DNA from: an uncultured Planctomycetales bacterium | Lineage (GTDB): Bacteria > Omnitrophota > Gorgyraeia > Zapsychrales > JAHFFX01 | DNA length: 64,000 bases | Direction of reading: 5' to 3' | NCBI GenBank assembly: GCA_964464475.1 | Contig: CAYXGG010000007.1 | Span: 5,305 to 69,304, forward strand | In this document: positions 18,754-29,510 of the stretch, piece by piece | How positions within the stretch are numbered: the stretch's first letter is position 1 | How the letters are laid out: each line of letters starts with the position of its first letter | Translations under genes and position numbers: made by a program | Notes under the pieces: model-generated | What the model saw: only the letters and a program-made list of their open reading frames with translations | What the model was told of the DNA's origin: nothing | Databases searched by the model: none

Positions 18754-21285
18754 TTAGTGACCGTTTGCCTTGATTGTCTCAATGCGTTCCTGGGCGTATT
18801 TGCTTTCGTCCTGACCGAACGTAATGATTTTTTGGTAAGTCGTTTTGGCGTTTTCCCAGTCTTCCTGGTCCTCAAATAATTTGGCAATGCGTAAGTAGGC
18901 TTTAATACTCCAGTCCGCTTCTCGTGGGTAAAGATAAGGAATGCGCAAGTATTGCTCAACGGCCTCTTTAATTTTGTTGGCCTGCTCATGCGCGTCCGCG
19001 TAGTAGAATTGAAGTTCGGCGTTATTTAATTCCGAAAGCCCTTGCGGCGCTTGTAATGATTTCTGGAGGGCGTTTAAGGCCGGTTCATATTCCTGATTCT
19101 TAAGATAAGCCTGGGCAATTTTTAAATAAGCGTCCCGTTGCATTTCCGGAGAATTGGCTGCGATGCTTTCGTAGGTTTGAATCGCTGTCGCAGAATCTAG
19201 TTCTCGAGAAAAAATTTCAGCAATAGCTAGTTTGGCTTTGGCATAAAGTTCTTTGTCTCGGGGATCATCAATCAGCTTGTATTCATTTAACGCTTGATCA
19301 AGAATTCCCTGAGCTTGCAGGCCCTGTCCTATTTTATAGTGAATAAAAGGAATTTGCGCGTGATTAGGAAATTGACTGACGATTTTACGGTATTCTTCGA
19401 CTGCTTGGGGAAACTCGGAATTTTCTAAAGCATAGTCACCCAACCAGCTGAGCGCTTGAAAAGCAGTTTCGGTTTTGGTGTATTTAAACGCAATGATTCG
19501 GAATTTCTCGAGAGCTTCTTTGAGCTGGCCCTGTTTATGAAGAGACTTGGCTATGCCTAGTTCCGCTTGATGAAGAAGGCTGTCTTGGTCGGAATAAAGA
19601 TTAATAATTTTCTCGAAAGTTTTTTGGGCTCCCACAAAATCATCCGTATTGAACTGAGTCAACGCCAAAATATATTGTGCTTCCGGGCGAAAATCAGAGT
19701 TCTCGGGAGCTGCCTTAAGAAATTCGGAAATCAGTTCTTTGGCCCTTCCCCAATCATTTTTCTTAAAATTGACGACGGCCAGGTAATATTGGCTGTCAAT
19801 GAGGTACTTGCTTTTGGGAAAATTGGTTTCCAGACTTTGCAGCGAAATGGCCGCGGCATCCAGGCGGTTAAGTTTTAAGAGTGTAATGCCCTGACGATAT
19901 TGGATGTAATCAGAGTAAAGGCTATCGGGGAAGTTTTTGAGTATTTTATCGTAGGTGTTGAGCGCGTCATCCAGTTTGCCGGCATCCTGATAAGCGTCCC
20001 CGATTTGGGTTAAAGCGCTTAGTTTAACCGTTTTGTTAGAAGTTTTTTCAACAACAGATTGAAAATTGTTGATGGCGGAATCAATTTCTCCTTTTTTTAA
20101 ATACGTCCAACCGATCCCAAAGTAGGCTTTTTCTGTTAAGTCAACGAGGTCCTTCTGATTGCCAAAGCGCGTGAGAAAATCTTGATAGGTGGTGATGGCA
20201 CCGGGGTAATCTTTGAGTGCGTATTGGCTATTGGCTTTACCCAGGAAAGCTTCGGCTAATCGCGGACTCTGCGCGAAATTATTAATCAGTTTATCGTAGG
20301 CTGTAAAGGCCTGCTGGTGTTCTCCTAATTCAGAGAACAAACTTCCCTGTCCCAAGAGGATATCATCAGCGAGGATGTTTTTGTTGTCGGCCATCTCGAG
20401 GGCCTCGGCAAATACTTTTTTAGCTGGCTCAAACTCTTTGAGCTTAAGATGACTCCATCCGGTGCTTACTTTGGCCATCACGACTAGTTTCGCATCCGAA
20501 GAAATCTCCGCTGCTTTTAAGTAATATTTGATCGCTTCAGCGTATTTGTCCTGGTAGTAGTTAGATTCGGCGATATAAAAATAGGCTTGGTCATGCCGGT
20601 TGGATTGCGGGTATTTGGCAACGAACTCGCCAAAAGTTTTGATCGACGCAGGGAACGCGCGATGATTATATTCAGACTCGCCTGTTTTGAAAAATGCGTC
20701 TTCGGCTAGCTGATGCAGGGGGAATTGTTTGGTTAGCAACACAAATTGTTCCCGAGCGAGGTCGAATTTTTTTTGTTCAAAATAAGTCCATCCAAGCGAA
20801 TAATGAGCTTGCGGAACGTAAGGAGAATTTGGATAGACGCTTAAGACCTGATTGTATTTCTTTTCAGCTTGTGCATAGTCGGAACCTTTTAAGTAGGTCT
20901 CTCCCAGCCAGAATTGAATCGCGTCTTGGAATTCGGATTCGTTTTGGACGGTCTGGAAAATTTCAAAGGCTTTAAGGTACTGGTTTTTAAAGAAATAACA
21001 TTGGCCCAGCAGTAGCTTAACGGGTACGCGTTTCTGGGATTGAGGGAATTTTTCTTGAAACTGTTCAATATAGCGTAAGGCGACATCATAAAACCCGTCG
21101 TCAAAAGCTCTCTGAGCGATAATGAACAGTTCTTTTTCTTCTTCGCTGGATGAAGAGGTCGCAGTTTCTTGGCCCCAAATAGGTGAAGACAAAAATATCC
21201 CGCAGAGTAAAACTATGGTCAAACAGATGGCGCGAGTTGAAAAACACATGGGCAACATTATCCTTAAATTTGGGTGACAAGACAA
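18754..21285 (-). CDS. large exported tetratricopeptide-repeat protein
   Basis: Signal peptide; many TPR units with recurring F/YPxS (CpoB/BamD-like) motifs over ~800 aa; start uncertain. Confidence 0.85.
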   Translation of the reverse strand: MSCHPNLRIMLPMCFSTRAICLTIVLLCGIFLSSPIWGQETATSSSSEEEKELFIIAQRAFDDGFYDVALRYIEQFQEKFPQSQKRVPVKLLLGQCYFFKNQYLKAFEIFQTVQNESEFQDAIQFWLGETYLKGSDYAQAEKKYNQVLSVYPNSPYVPQAHYSLGWTYFEQKKFDLAREQFVLLTKQFPLHQLAEDAFFKTGESEYNHRAFPASIKTFGEFVAKYPQSNRHDQAYFYIAESNYYQDKYAEAIKYYLKAAEISSDAKLVVMAKVSTGWSHLKLKEFEPAKKVFAEALEMADNKNILADDILLGQGSLFSELGEHQQAFTAYDKLINNFAQSPRLAEAFLGKANSQYALKDYPGAITTYQDFLTRFGNQKDLVDLTEKAYFGIGWTYLKKGEIDSAINNFQSVVEKTSNKTVKLSALTQIGDAYQDAGKLDDALNTYDKILKNFPDSLYSDYIQYRQGITLLKLNRLDAAAISLQSLETNFPKSKYLIDSQYYLAVVNFKKNDWGRAKELISEFLKAAPENSDFRPEAQYILALTQFNTDDFVGAQKTFEKIINLYSDQDSLLHQAELGIAKSLHKQGQLKEALEKFRIIAFKYTKTETAFQALSWLGDYALENSEFPQAVEEYRKIVSQFPNHAQIPFIHYKIGQGLQAQGILDQALNEYKLIDDPRDKELYAKAKLAIAEIFSRELDSATAIQTYESIAANSPEMQRDAYLKIAQAYLKNQEYEPALNALQKSLQAPQGLSELNNAELQFYYADAHEQANKIKEAVEQYLRIPYLYPREADWSIKAYLRIAKLFEDQEDWENAKTTYQKIITFGQDESKYAQERIETIKANGH

Positions 21286-21384
21286 TATCTTTTTCTAATC
21301 AATCTCAGTAAATTTTTTTAGCGTGAATTCTTGAGATTGATGCCAGAGGAAATTTTTTGTTGGAGTAAATAGTCTTGAGGGCCA

Positions 21385-24177
21385 TTAAGCTCGCAGGAAA
21401 TCTTTTAGGTACGCGGCTGTATGGGACTGTTTATTTTTGATTAATTCTTCCGGGCTCCCCTGGAAAATTACCTCCCCGCCCTTGTCTCCTCCCTCCGGCC
21501 CCAAGTCAATGATGTAATCGGCGGTTTTGATGACATCCAGATTGTGTTCGATAACTAGGACCGTATTGCCTTTATCTACCAGTCTTTGCAAGACACTCAG
21601 CAGTTTGGCAACGTCAGCAAAGTGCAGTCCCGTGGTCGGCTCATCCAGAATATAAAGGGTTCGGCCGGTGGACGTTTTGCATAATTCGCTAGCCAGCTTG
21701 ACGCGTTGGGCCTCTCCACCGGAAAGGGTCGTAGCCGGTTGTCCTAAACGAATATAGCTGAGCCCCACGTCCTGGAGGGTTTGCAACACATTTCTGACTC
21801 TGGGAATGTTTTCGAAAATGTGCAGTGCTTCGGCCACGGACGAATTCAAGATTTCGGCAATGTTTTTGTCCTTAAAACGTATTTCTAGGGTTTGGTCATT
21901 AAAGCGTTTGCCATGGCAGATCTCGCATTCGACATAAACATCCGGTAAGAAATGCATCTCGATTTTTTTGATGCCGTCCCCTTCGCAGGCTTCGCAGCGT
22001 CCCCCTTTGACGTTAAAACTGAACCGTCCTGGTTTAAAGCCGCGCATCCGGGACTCGGGTGCTTGACTAAAGAGATCCCGAATGGGGCTGAATAATCCAG
22101 TATAGGTGGCAGGATTGGATCGCGGGGTGCGTCCAATCGGAGATTGGTCCACGACGATAACTTTATCTAGATGTTCTATGCCAGTGATTTTCTTGTGTTG
22201 ACCGGGGCGCTCTTTGGATTGATAAATTTTTTGGGCGAGGGATTTATAGAGAATATCTTCGATGAGGGTTGATTTTCCTGAACCGGAAACTCCAGTCACC
22301 GCAATAAACGTCCCCAGAGGAAGCTCAACATCGATATTTTTTAAATTATGTTCCTGGGCGCCGGTTATTTTTAGAGAAGGTCCATTTTTGATGGGGCGTC
22401 GCTTGGGCGGTTTGGGAATCAGCAGCTCGCCGCGCAAATATTGTCCCGTTAAAGACGGTTGGCACTTGAGTAATCCCGGGACATCTCCGGCGTAAATAAT
22501 TTCTCCGCCATATTCTCCGGCCCCGGGCCCTAAATCCACGACATAATCCGCCGCTCGGATGGTGGCTTCGTCATGTTCGACCACCACCAGCGTATTGCCT
22601 AAATTACGCAGTGAATGCAGGGTGTTTAGTAAGCGTTCATTGTCTCGTTGATGGAGACCAATGCTGGGTTCATCCAAAACATAGATAACGCCAACCAGAC
22701 CTGACCCAACCTGGGTCGCCAGTCGAATGCGTTCCGCTTCTCCCCCCGAGAGTGTGGCGCTTTTACGATCCAGGGTTAAATATTCCAACCCTACATCCAC
22801 ACAAAAATTGAGGCGGCGGTTGATCTCTTTTAAAATTTGTTCACTGATGGTTTGTTGATCTTTAGTAAGCGGCAGTTTAAGAAAGAAATTTTTGGCTTCC
22901 TTAATAGAAAAAGCCGTTAATTCCGCGATGCTGCGATCCGCCACTTTAATGGCCAGTGATTCTTTCTTGAGTCGAAGTCCTTGGCAGTCTGGGCAGGGCA
23001 AAACAGACATATATTGAGTCAGTTCGTCTTTAAGCCATTCGTTGTCGGTTTCTTTAAAAAGTCTTTCTAAATAACCCAAGACTCCCTCAAACGTTCGTCC
23101 CCAAATGACGTCGTTGGAACCATGCAAAATGAGGTGCTTGAGTTTTTTGTTTAATTGAGCGTAAGGAATTTCTTGGTCGATATTATATTTTCGGGCGATT
23201 TCGCGCAAAACGGCCTTGTAATAAAACATGAAGCTGCGTCGTCCGTGTGTCCACGGGACGATGGCCAGAATCCAGGATTTATCCGGATCGGGCACGATCA
23301 GTTCTGGATCAATTTCCATTTTGGTTCCTAGTCCGTTGCAAGCTGGGCAGGCGCCATAGGGTGAATTAAAAGAAAAAACGCGGGGTTCAATTTCCTGCAG
23401 ACTGATGCCGCAGTCAACACAGGCGTATTTTTCACTGTAAAGCTGATCCGGTTGTTGACCATTGAAGTCGATGAGTACAATGCCTTGACCCGTTTGGAGC
23501 GCGGTTTCTATGGAATCAGTCAAACGTTTTTTGATTTCTGGTTTGACGCTCAGACGGTCAACGACCACTTCAATGTTATGAATTTTGAATTTATCTAATT
23601 TTAGCTCCTGGGAAACTTCTTGAATTTTACCGTCAACCCGGATGCGAGCAAAGCCGGCTTTGGTTACTTGCTGGGGGATTTGGCGGTATTCACCTTTACG
23701 CCCGCGTACTAATGGCGCCAAAATATTGATGTTGGTTCCGGCGGGCAATTTAAGGATTTGTCCCACGATTTCCGGAGCGGTTTGGCGTTCGATTTTCTTG
23801 CCGCAGTTATAACACGTGGGCGTTCCCACGCGGGCAAAGAGTAAACGTAGATAATCGTAGATTTCCGTCTGAGTGGCAACGGTTGACCGCGGATTACGGC
23901 TGGTGGTTTTTTGTTCGATAGAAATAGTGGGAGATAGCCCTTCAATGTATTCGACATTGGGCTTTTGCATTTGGTCGAGAAATTGACGCGCGTAGGCCGA
24001 TAGACTTTCAACGTATCTGCGTTGTCCCTCTGCGTAAATGGTGTCAAAGGCCAGCGAGGATTTTCCTGAACCGCTCAGTCCGGTGATCACGATAAACTGA
24101 TTGCGAGGCAGATTCAGGCTAATATTTTTTAAATTATGTTCTTTGGCGCCGCGAATGACGATAGCTTGTTGATTCAT
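21385..24177 (-). CDS. uvrA: excinuclease ABC subunit A
   Basis: [10 protein letters not shown], two Walker A motifs ([16 protein letters not shown]), two LSGGEA signatures, zinc fingers. Confidence 0.99.
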   Translation of the reverse strand: MNQQAIVIRGAKEHNLKNISLNLPRNQFIVITGLSGSGKSSLAFDTIYAEGQRRYVESLSAYARQFLDQMQKPNVEYIEGLSPTISIEQKTTSRNPRSTVATQTEIYDYLRLLFARVGTPTCYNCGKKIERQTAPEIVGQILKLPAGTNINILAPLVRGRKGEYRQIPQQVTKAGFARIRVDGKIQEVSQELKLDKFKIHNIEVVVDRLSVKPEIKKRLTDSIETALQTGQGIVLIDFNGQQPDQLYSEKYACVDCGISLQEIEPRVFSFNSPYGACPACNGLGTKMEIDPELIVPDPDKSWILAIVPWTHGRRSFMFYYKAVLREIARKYNIDQEIPYAQLNKKLKHLILHGSNDVIWGRTFEGVLGYLERLFKETDNEWLKDELTQYMSVLPCPDCQGLRLKKESLAIKVADRSIAELTAFSIKEAKNFFLKLPLTKDQQTISEQILKEINRRLNFCVDVGLEYLTLDRKSATLSGGEAERIRLATQVGSGLVGVIYVLDEPSIGLHQRDNERLLNTLHSLRNLGNTLVVVEHDEATIRAADYVVDLGPGAGEYGGEIIYAGDVPGLLKCQPSLTGQYLRGELLIPKPPKRRPIKNGPSLKITGAQEHNLKNIDVELPLGTFIAVTGVSGSGKSTLIEDILYKSLAQKIYQSKERPGQHKKITGIEHLDKVIVVDQSPIGRTPRSNPATYTGLFSPIRDLFSQAPESRMRGFKPGRFSFNVKGGRCEACEGDGIKKIEMHFLPDVYVECEICHGKRFNDQTLEIRFKDKNIAEILNSSVAEALHIFENIPRVRNVLQTLQDVGLSYIRLGQPATTLSGGEAQRVKLASELCKTSTGRTLYILDEPTTGLHFADVAKLLSVLQRLVDKGNTVLVIEHNLDVIKTADYIIDLGPEGGDKGGEVIFQGSPEELIKNKQSHTAAYLKDFLRA

Positions 24178-24246
24178 GGTGATTTTTAAGGAATTTGTTG
24201 GGAATTTGTAAATAGATGAAATGGTGGCGCGGAGAGATTTTTTGAA

Positions 24247-24306
24247 GGGCGTTCCGACGGTTTAACTATCGATCCATAGACGTTTAGCGAAACCGTCGGG
24301 ACGCCC
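24247..24306 (-). terminator. long hairpin (17-bp stem) downstream of the small basic protein gene
   Basis: GGGCGTTCCGACGGTTT ... AAACCGTCGGGACGCCC inverted repeat. Confidence 0.6.
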
Positions 24307-24324
24307 AACAAAGTTAACAACTGG

Positions 24325-24576
24325 TTACTTGCGTTTGGCCGCTTTCTTCTTTTTGCCACCGCGGACCATTTTCGCGCAGGAGATATCTCCCTGCTTATCG
24401 ATGAAATACAGGTAACCCGCCTGCTTCTTGACGCCGGCTTTGGCAACTTTCTTAGGGGCTCCCCCTTTTTTGCCACCACGCGACATCTTGGCGCAGGAAA
24501 CGTCACCCTGTTTATCAACGAAATACAGGTAACCTTTTTCCTTTTTGACTCCGACTTTTGCGACTTTTTGTGCCAT
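24325..24576 (-). CDS. small Lys-rich protein with internal duplication, putative nucleoid/DNA-binding protein
   Basis: 83 aa, 22 Lys; two 34-aa repeats around GYLYF(V/I)DKQGD(V/I)SCAKM; strong GGAGGTG RBS. Confidence 0.8.
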   Translation of the reverse strand: MAQKVAKVGVKKEKGYLYFVDKQGDVSCAKMSRGGKKGGAPKKVAKAGVKKQAGYLYFIDKQGDISCAKMVRGGKKKKAAKRK

Positions 24577-24608
24577 GTTCGTTCACCTCCCTCCCGGTTG
24601 CTACTGTT

Positions 24609-25433
24609 TTATGTTCCTATTTTGACTCCTTTAAGATGCTGTTTAAGCGTTTGGATTGCCGATAAGACTGCCAAGTAGCTGGTTTTAGGATTATCCGGGC
24701 AGACGACGTTATCCGTCAGGGTCACAATTCGGCCAAAATCGCCCACGACCTCTACTTCGTGTGAATTGGTTTTAGACGCGGGCGAAGCGATGATGCGGAT
24801 CCGCATTTTATGTTGGGCATTGGCGGCCAGCGCCAGCGAGGCAGCGACGTTGATGTTCTTAGGGAAATAATCCACCGCTTCCGCGACCTTACCGTCGTAA
24901 AGGACTGTTTCTTTGGTGATCTTTTTTAGATCAATGCCTTTGTGAGCGATGTAAGGACTATCGGCAAAACCTAAAGGAGGTTTCCGGGAGGTTAGAGTAA
25001 TTTTTTTAATATTAACGAGGCTGGCGGCCTTGATGGCGTCTAAGCCGGCTAAGGCCCCAGAAGGAATCAACAGATGACATTTATTTTTGTCAGCCAATTT
25101 AAAAAGATCGGGGGCGTTCAACAGTTGCCCTACGCTCATCACTAAGATACTTCGCTTGTGGGTTAAGACTTCACGGATGATGTCTCGAGTTTGACGTGAA
25201 GCCACACATTCCACGAGAAAATCTGATGACTTTATGATCTCTTTGAGCGAATTTTTATAAAGTTGTGGGCCGCCCAAGATTTTGGCGAGCCCTAATGATT
25301 TATCATCGTCAATATCGTACAAGCCCGAGACTACGGCCGCGTCATTGAATTCTTTCTGGATTGTTTTGGCAATCCGTGACCCGATGGCCCCACAGCCTAT
25401 AATTCCAATTTTGGTTTTTATTGAACTCTTCAT
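24609..25433 (-). CDS. nadX: L-aspartate dehydrogenase
   Basis: GCGAIG Rossmann motif, PSGALAGLD, FPKNINVAA, NPKTSYLA. Confidence 0.9.
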   Translation of the reverse strand: MKSSIKTKIGIIGCGAIGSRIAKTIQKEFNDAAVVSGLYDIDDDKSLGLAKILGGPQLYKNSLKEIIKSSDFLVECVASRQTRDIIREVLTHKRSILVMSVGQLLNAPDLFKLADKNKCHLLIPSGALAGLDAIKAASLVNIKKITLTSRKPPLGFADSPYIAHKGIDLKKITKETVLYDGKVAEAVDYFPKNINVAASLALAANAQHKMRIRIIASPASKTNSHEVEVVGDFGRIVTLTDNVVCPDNPKTSYLAVLSAIQTLKQHLKGVKIGT

Positions 25434-26281
25434 GAACGAACCGTAACCTTCACGTTATCAATAAGGCGGGTTTTTCCTAGCCACAGGGCTACGGCGATCA
25501 GAATTTGACCTCGCAGCTGAGATAAGGGTTGCAACTGTTGAGCGTCAACACACTCAACATAATCGAATTTTGCGGGAAATGCTTGCGTGATCGTCTGACG
25601 AATAAACTGGTTAATTTTTTGCGTGTTGCGTTCCCCTTTGTCGATTAAAGCTTTGGCCGATTTTAAGGCTTGGTAAATCATCGGAGCTAGCTGTCGTTCT
25701 TGAAGAGTTAAATAGCTATTGCGAGAGCTTAGGGCTAACCCATCTTTTTCACGAATGGTGGGGAGAACTGAAATGTGCGTAGGAAAATTTAAATCCAATA
25801 CCATTTTTTTAAGTACCGCCACCTGCTGTGCGTCTTTTTGTCCCAGATACATTACGTCTGGTTGGACGATATTGAGGAGTTTCGCAACAACAGTAGCGAC
25901 TCCAGTGAAATGTCCTGGCCGAAAAGCGCCGCATAATGTTTGGCTTAATCGGCTAACGGCAACGCTGGTTAATATTTCCGTCGGGTACATTATTTTTTCC
26001 GACGGATAAAAGATTATATCAACATTTTCTTTTTTTGCCAATTTTTCATCTTTTTTGAAGTCGCGGGGGTAGCGACTAAAATCCTCGCTGGGGCCAAATT
26101 GGTGGGGGTTTACAAAGATACTTAGGACTACAACGGAGTTTTGTCGTCGAGCTTTGTGCAGTAAGGCCGCGTGCCCGGCATGCAAATAACCCATGGTAGG
26201 CACAAAGCCTATACTCGTTTTCTCCCGACGAATCTGTCGTAGAGCTTGTTGTAAAGGTTTGAGTGAGCGAAAAATCTTCAT
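25430..26281 (-). CDS. panC: pantoate--beta-alanine ligase
   Basis: FVPTMGYLHAGH, RPGHFTGV, GQKDAQQ, GLALSSRN, TRLIDN. Confidence 0.97.
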   Translation of the reverse strand: MKIFRSLKPLQQALRQIRREKTSIGFVPTMGYLHAGHAALLHKARRQNSVVVLSIFVNPHQFGPSEDFSRYPRDFKKDEKLAKKENVDIIFYPSEKIMYPTEILTSVAVSRLSQTLCGAFRPGHFTGVATVVAKLLNIVQPDVMYLGQKDAQQVAVLKKMVLDLNFPTHISVLPTIREKDGLALSSRNSYLTLQERQLAPMIYQALKSAKALIDKGERNTQKINQFIRQTITQAFPAKFDYVECVDAQQLQPLSQLRGQILIAVALWLGKTRLIDNVKVTVRS

Positions 26282-26700
26282 TGCTTGATTTGCGCGGCCC
26301 GCTTAGGCGCGATCTCTCTTAGCGGATTCATCACGAACTCACGGTCATGCATTCGAGGATGAGGAATAATTAAATTTGGTTCTTGAATGGTCTGGTGGTC
26401 ATACAAAAGGATATCGATATCAATCGTCCGTGGCCCGTTGGGGATGGTGCGGATGCGTCCTAAGTCTTGCTCGATGGTGCTTGTCGCGGATAATAACTCG
26501 CGGGGCGAGAGGTCTGTTTCCACTTGAATCACGCAATTAAGAAAATCACCTTGCGGTGGCCCGCCGACCGGATGGGTCTCGATCACAGACGATGTTTTAA
26601 GAATAACCATTCCTGCTTGACGAAGTTTTTCTGTCGCTCGGTGCAGGTATTCACCTCGGTTCCCGACGTTGGAACCTAATCCCAGATAAACTACCGCCAA
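26278..26700 (-). CDS. folK: 2-amino-4-hydroxy-6-hydroxymethyldihydropteridine diphosphokinase
   Basis: YLGLGSN, GRIR..NGPRTIDIDIL, IPHPRMHDREFV. Confidence 0.95.
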   Translation of the reverse strand: MAVVYLGLGSNVGNRGEYLHRATEKLRQAGMVILKTSSVIETHPVGGPPQGDFLNCVIQVETDLSPRELLSATSTIEQDLGRIRTIPNGPRTIDIDILLYDHQTIQEPNLIIPHPRMHDREFVMNPLREIAPKRAAQIKQ

Positions 26701-26701
26701 A

Positions 26702-27868
26702 TTAGAGAACCTTTCTCAGCCTTTCGACCGCTTCATTAATGCGTTCTTTGGTGGTCGTGATGGTCATCCGGATATAGCCCTCTCCGTGCTCTCCGAAACC
26801 AATACCTGGAGTGGCGACAATGTTGGCTTCTTCTAATAACACCTTAGAGCAAGTCATGGAATCCGGGAACTTTCGTGGGATTTTGGCCCAGACGTAAAAG
26901 GTTGCTTTAGGCGGCGGGACTTTCCAGCCAACACTGCGCAGGCCATTAATTAAATAATCGCGTCTTTCTTGGTACATGGCGCGCAAATGGTCGCAGATTT
27001 TGGGGTCCATTTTGAGAGCCGCGATACCGGCGACTTGGATAGCTTGGAAGATACCGGAGTCGACGTTGGATTTGACTTTAGCTAAGGCCGCGATGAGTTT
27101 GGGGTTGCCACACGCCCAGGCGATTCGCCAGCCGGTCATAGAAAAGGTTTTAGAAAAGGAATGATATTCAATGACGACTTCTTTGGCCCCTTCAAATTCG
27201 AGCAAACTAGCGGGTTTTTCGTTATCAAAATACATTTCCGAATAGGCTAAATCTGAAACGAGAATAATACTTTTTTCTTTGCAGATGGCGACTAGCTCTT
27301 TGAGGTATTCTCGCGGAGCTACGGCCGCGGTGGGATTATTGGGATGATTAAAATACATCATTTTGATGTCTTTGGCTTCTTTGACTTTAGCCAGGTCCGG
27401 GAGAAATCCATTCTTTTCTTTCAGAGCGATTCTAACCAGTTTACCTCCCGCAAAAATAACGGCTCCTAAATAGCCCGGATAACATGGGTCAGGAACCAGT
27501 ACTTTTTCTTTGGGGTTAATGAGTCCCAGCGGTAAATGGGACAAGCCTTCTTTCGACCCAATAGTCGGATAGATCTCAGTCGCTGGATCGAGAGTGATAT
27601 GAAAGCGTTGTTGGCTCCACTCTGCGATCGCCTGGCGAAGTTCGGCCATGCCGGCATCCAGCGCATAATGATGATTTTTGGGGTCTTGCGCGGCATTCTT
27701 GAGCGCATCAATGATGGGTTGTGGCGTTCCGGTATCCGGATCGCCGATACCTAAATCAATAATGTCCCTTCCGGCGGCGCGTGCCGCGCGTTTGGCTTTA
27801 TCGATTTCAACAAATAGATACGGGGGGAGTTGTTTTAATCGATCAGAAAATTCAATCTCCAGAGACAT
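26702..27868 (-). CDS. dapL: LL-diaminopimelate aminotransferase
   Basis: LPPYLF, LGIGDPD, IGSKEG, PNNPT, SFSKTFSMTGWR (PLP Lys); dap gene context. Confidence 0.88.
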   Translation of the reverse strand: MSLEIEFSDRLKQLPPYLFVEIDKAKRAARAAGRDIIDLGIGDPDTGTPQPIIDALKNAAQDPKNHHYALDAGMAELRQAIAEWSQQRFHITLDPATEIYPTIGSKEGLSHLPLGLINPKEKVLVPDPCYPGYLGAVIFAGGKLVRIALKEKNGFLPDLAKVKEAKDIKMMYFNHPNNPTAAVAPREYLKELVAICKEKSIILVSDLAYSEMYFDNEKPASLLEFEGAKEVVIEYHSFSKTFSMTGWRIAWACGNPKLIAALAKVKSNVDSGIFQAIQVAGIAALKMDPKICDHLRAMYQERRDYLINGLRSVGWKVPPPKATFYVWAKIPRKFPDSMTCSKVLLEEANIVATPGIGFGEHGEGYIRMTITTTKERINEAVERLRKVL

Positions 27869-27882
27869 CCTTGCGTCCTTTC

Positions 27883-28605
27883 TTATTTCTTACCGGCTAA
27901 TACTTCTTCCATATTAAAAAGACCTTTGGATTTTTTGGCCAGAAATTTGGCGGCAACCAGTGATCCCGCGGCAAAAATATCTCGGGTTTTGGCGTGGTGA
28001 CGGATGGTGAACGTGTCCACCGCGCTTTCAAAAATGACATCGTGATCTCCGACTATTTCCCCTTCACGAATCGACTGAATGTCTTTGACTTTCTGGCGTG
28101 AAGCTGCTTCCGCAATTTCTGCCATGGTTTTGGCCGTACCCGATGGCGCGTCTTTTTTGTGAATATGATGGGCTTCGACGATCCGAATAGAGTATTGACC
28201 GGCAGTTTTACGGGCTGCTTCTCTGATTAAACCGAAGACCAAATTGACTCCAACGGACATGTTAGACGAAAAGACAATAGGAATTTTCTTAGCGGCTGAT
28301 TTGATTTGTAGGACTTGCGCGGTTGTAAGTCCGGTCGTCCCGATGATCATTCCTACTCCGAATTTCTGGCAGGCTTTCAAATGTTCTATGGTCGCTTCGG
28401 GAGAGGTGAACTCAATCAGCACCTGCGCTTTTTTAAGCTCGCTGCTGTCAGCCGACGTTCTGACGCCGAGAAATTGCTGTCCGACTTCGGGATGGCTATC
28501 GTGTTCAAGCAAGGTGACAATTTTGAATTGTTTGTCGATGGAGGCTAGATGGGAAATGCGTTGGCCCATTCTTCCGCGGGCTCCGCTGATGGCAAGTTTG
28601 ATCAT
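27883..28605 (-). CDS. dapB: 4-hydroxy-tetrahydrodipicolinate reductase
   Basis: GARGRMG, GTTG, EAHHIHKKDAPSGTA. Confidence 0.96.
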   Translation of the reverse strand: MIKLAISGARGRMGQRISHLASIDKQFKIVTLLEHDSHPEVGQQFLGVRTSADSSELKKAQVLIEFTSPEATIEHLKACQKFGVGMIIGTTGLTTAQVLQIKSAAKKIPIVFSSNMSVGVNLVFGLIREAARKTAGQYSIRIVEAHHIHKKDAPSGTAKTMAEIAEAASRQKVKDIQSIREGEIVGDHDVIFESAVDTFTIRHHAKTRDIFAAGSLVAAKFLAKKSKGLFNMEEVLAGKK

Positions 28606-29489
28606 CCTTTTCCTTTCAATAAACCGTAATCCTTGAGTGCTTTTTTCAGTTTGGTTAAATTATCGTCCGCCATTTCACAAAGTGGCAGCCGCAAGGTCCC
28701 TTCGCATAAGCCCATTAATCCTAAGGCTGTTTTGACTGGAATGGGATTGGTTTCTATAAACATGGCTTTCACCAAGGGTAATATTTGGTAATGCAACTTT
28801 TGAGTTTTTTCAATATCTCCTTTTTCCCAGGCTTTGACTAATTCGGCAACGTCTTTAGGGATGATGTTGGCAACGACCGAAATAATCCCCACCCCCCCAA
28901 TGGCTAGCAAGGGTAAGGTTAACGCGTCATCTCCGGAAAGGAGCGCGAAATTTTTGGGGCAAAGCAATTTGACCATGGCCATTTGTTCTAATGAACCAGA
29001 AGCCTCTTTAACTCCCACAATATTTTTGCAATCGTGGGCCAGTTTGGCCATCGTAGCTGGTTCAATGTTAATACCGGTCCGGCCTGCAATGTTGTAAAGG
29101 ATAATTGGAATCGATACGCTGTCCGCGATAGCCTTAAAATGAGCGTAGAGGCCTTTCTGGGTCGGTTTATTATAGTAAGGAGAAACAATGAGGGCTCCAT
29201 CCGCACCGGCGTCCGCCGCGTGTTTGGTCAAGGAAATGGCTTCTTCGGTTGAATTGGAGCCAGTTCCCGCGATGATGGGGACTCTTTTGTTGGCATATTT
29301 AATGCATAGCTCGATCACGCGTTCATGTTCTGCTGTGGAAAGCGTTGGTGATTCGCCGGTCGTCCCGCAAGGGACAATCCCACTCGTCCCGCTTTTAATT
29401 TGAAATTCCACGAGATTTTTGAGCGTTTTTTCGTCTACTCTGCCATCTTTGAACGGTGTGGCGATGGCTACGATCGAGCCTTTGAACAT
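28602..29489 (-). CDS. dapA: 4-hydroxy-tetrahydrodipicolinate synthase
   Basis: GTTGES, PYYNKP, GVKEASG, ETNPIPVK. Confidence 0.97.
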   Translation of the reverse strand: MFKGSIVAIATPFKDGRVDEKTLKNLVEFQIKSGTSGIVPCGTTGESPTLSTAEHERVIELCIKYANKRVPIIAGTGSNSTEEAISLTKHAADAGADGALIVSPYYNKPTQKGLYAHFKAIADSVSIPIILYNIAGRTGINIEPATMAKLAHDCKNIVGVKEASGSLEQMAMVKLLCPKNFALLSGDDALTLPLLAIGGVGIISVVANIIPKDVAELVKAWEKGDIEKTQKLHYQILPLVKAMFIETNPIPVKTALGLMGLCEGTLRLPLCEMADDNLTKLKKALKDYGLLKGKG

Positions 29490-29510
29490 GCAGTCCTCCT
29501 CAGCATAAGA

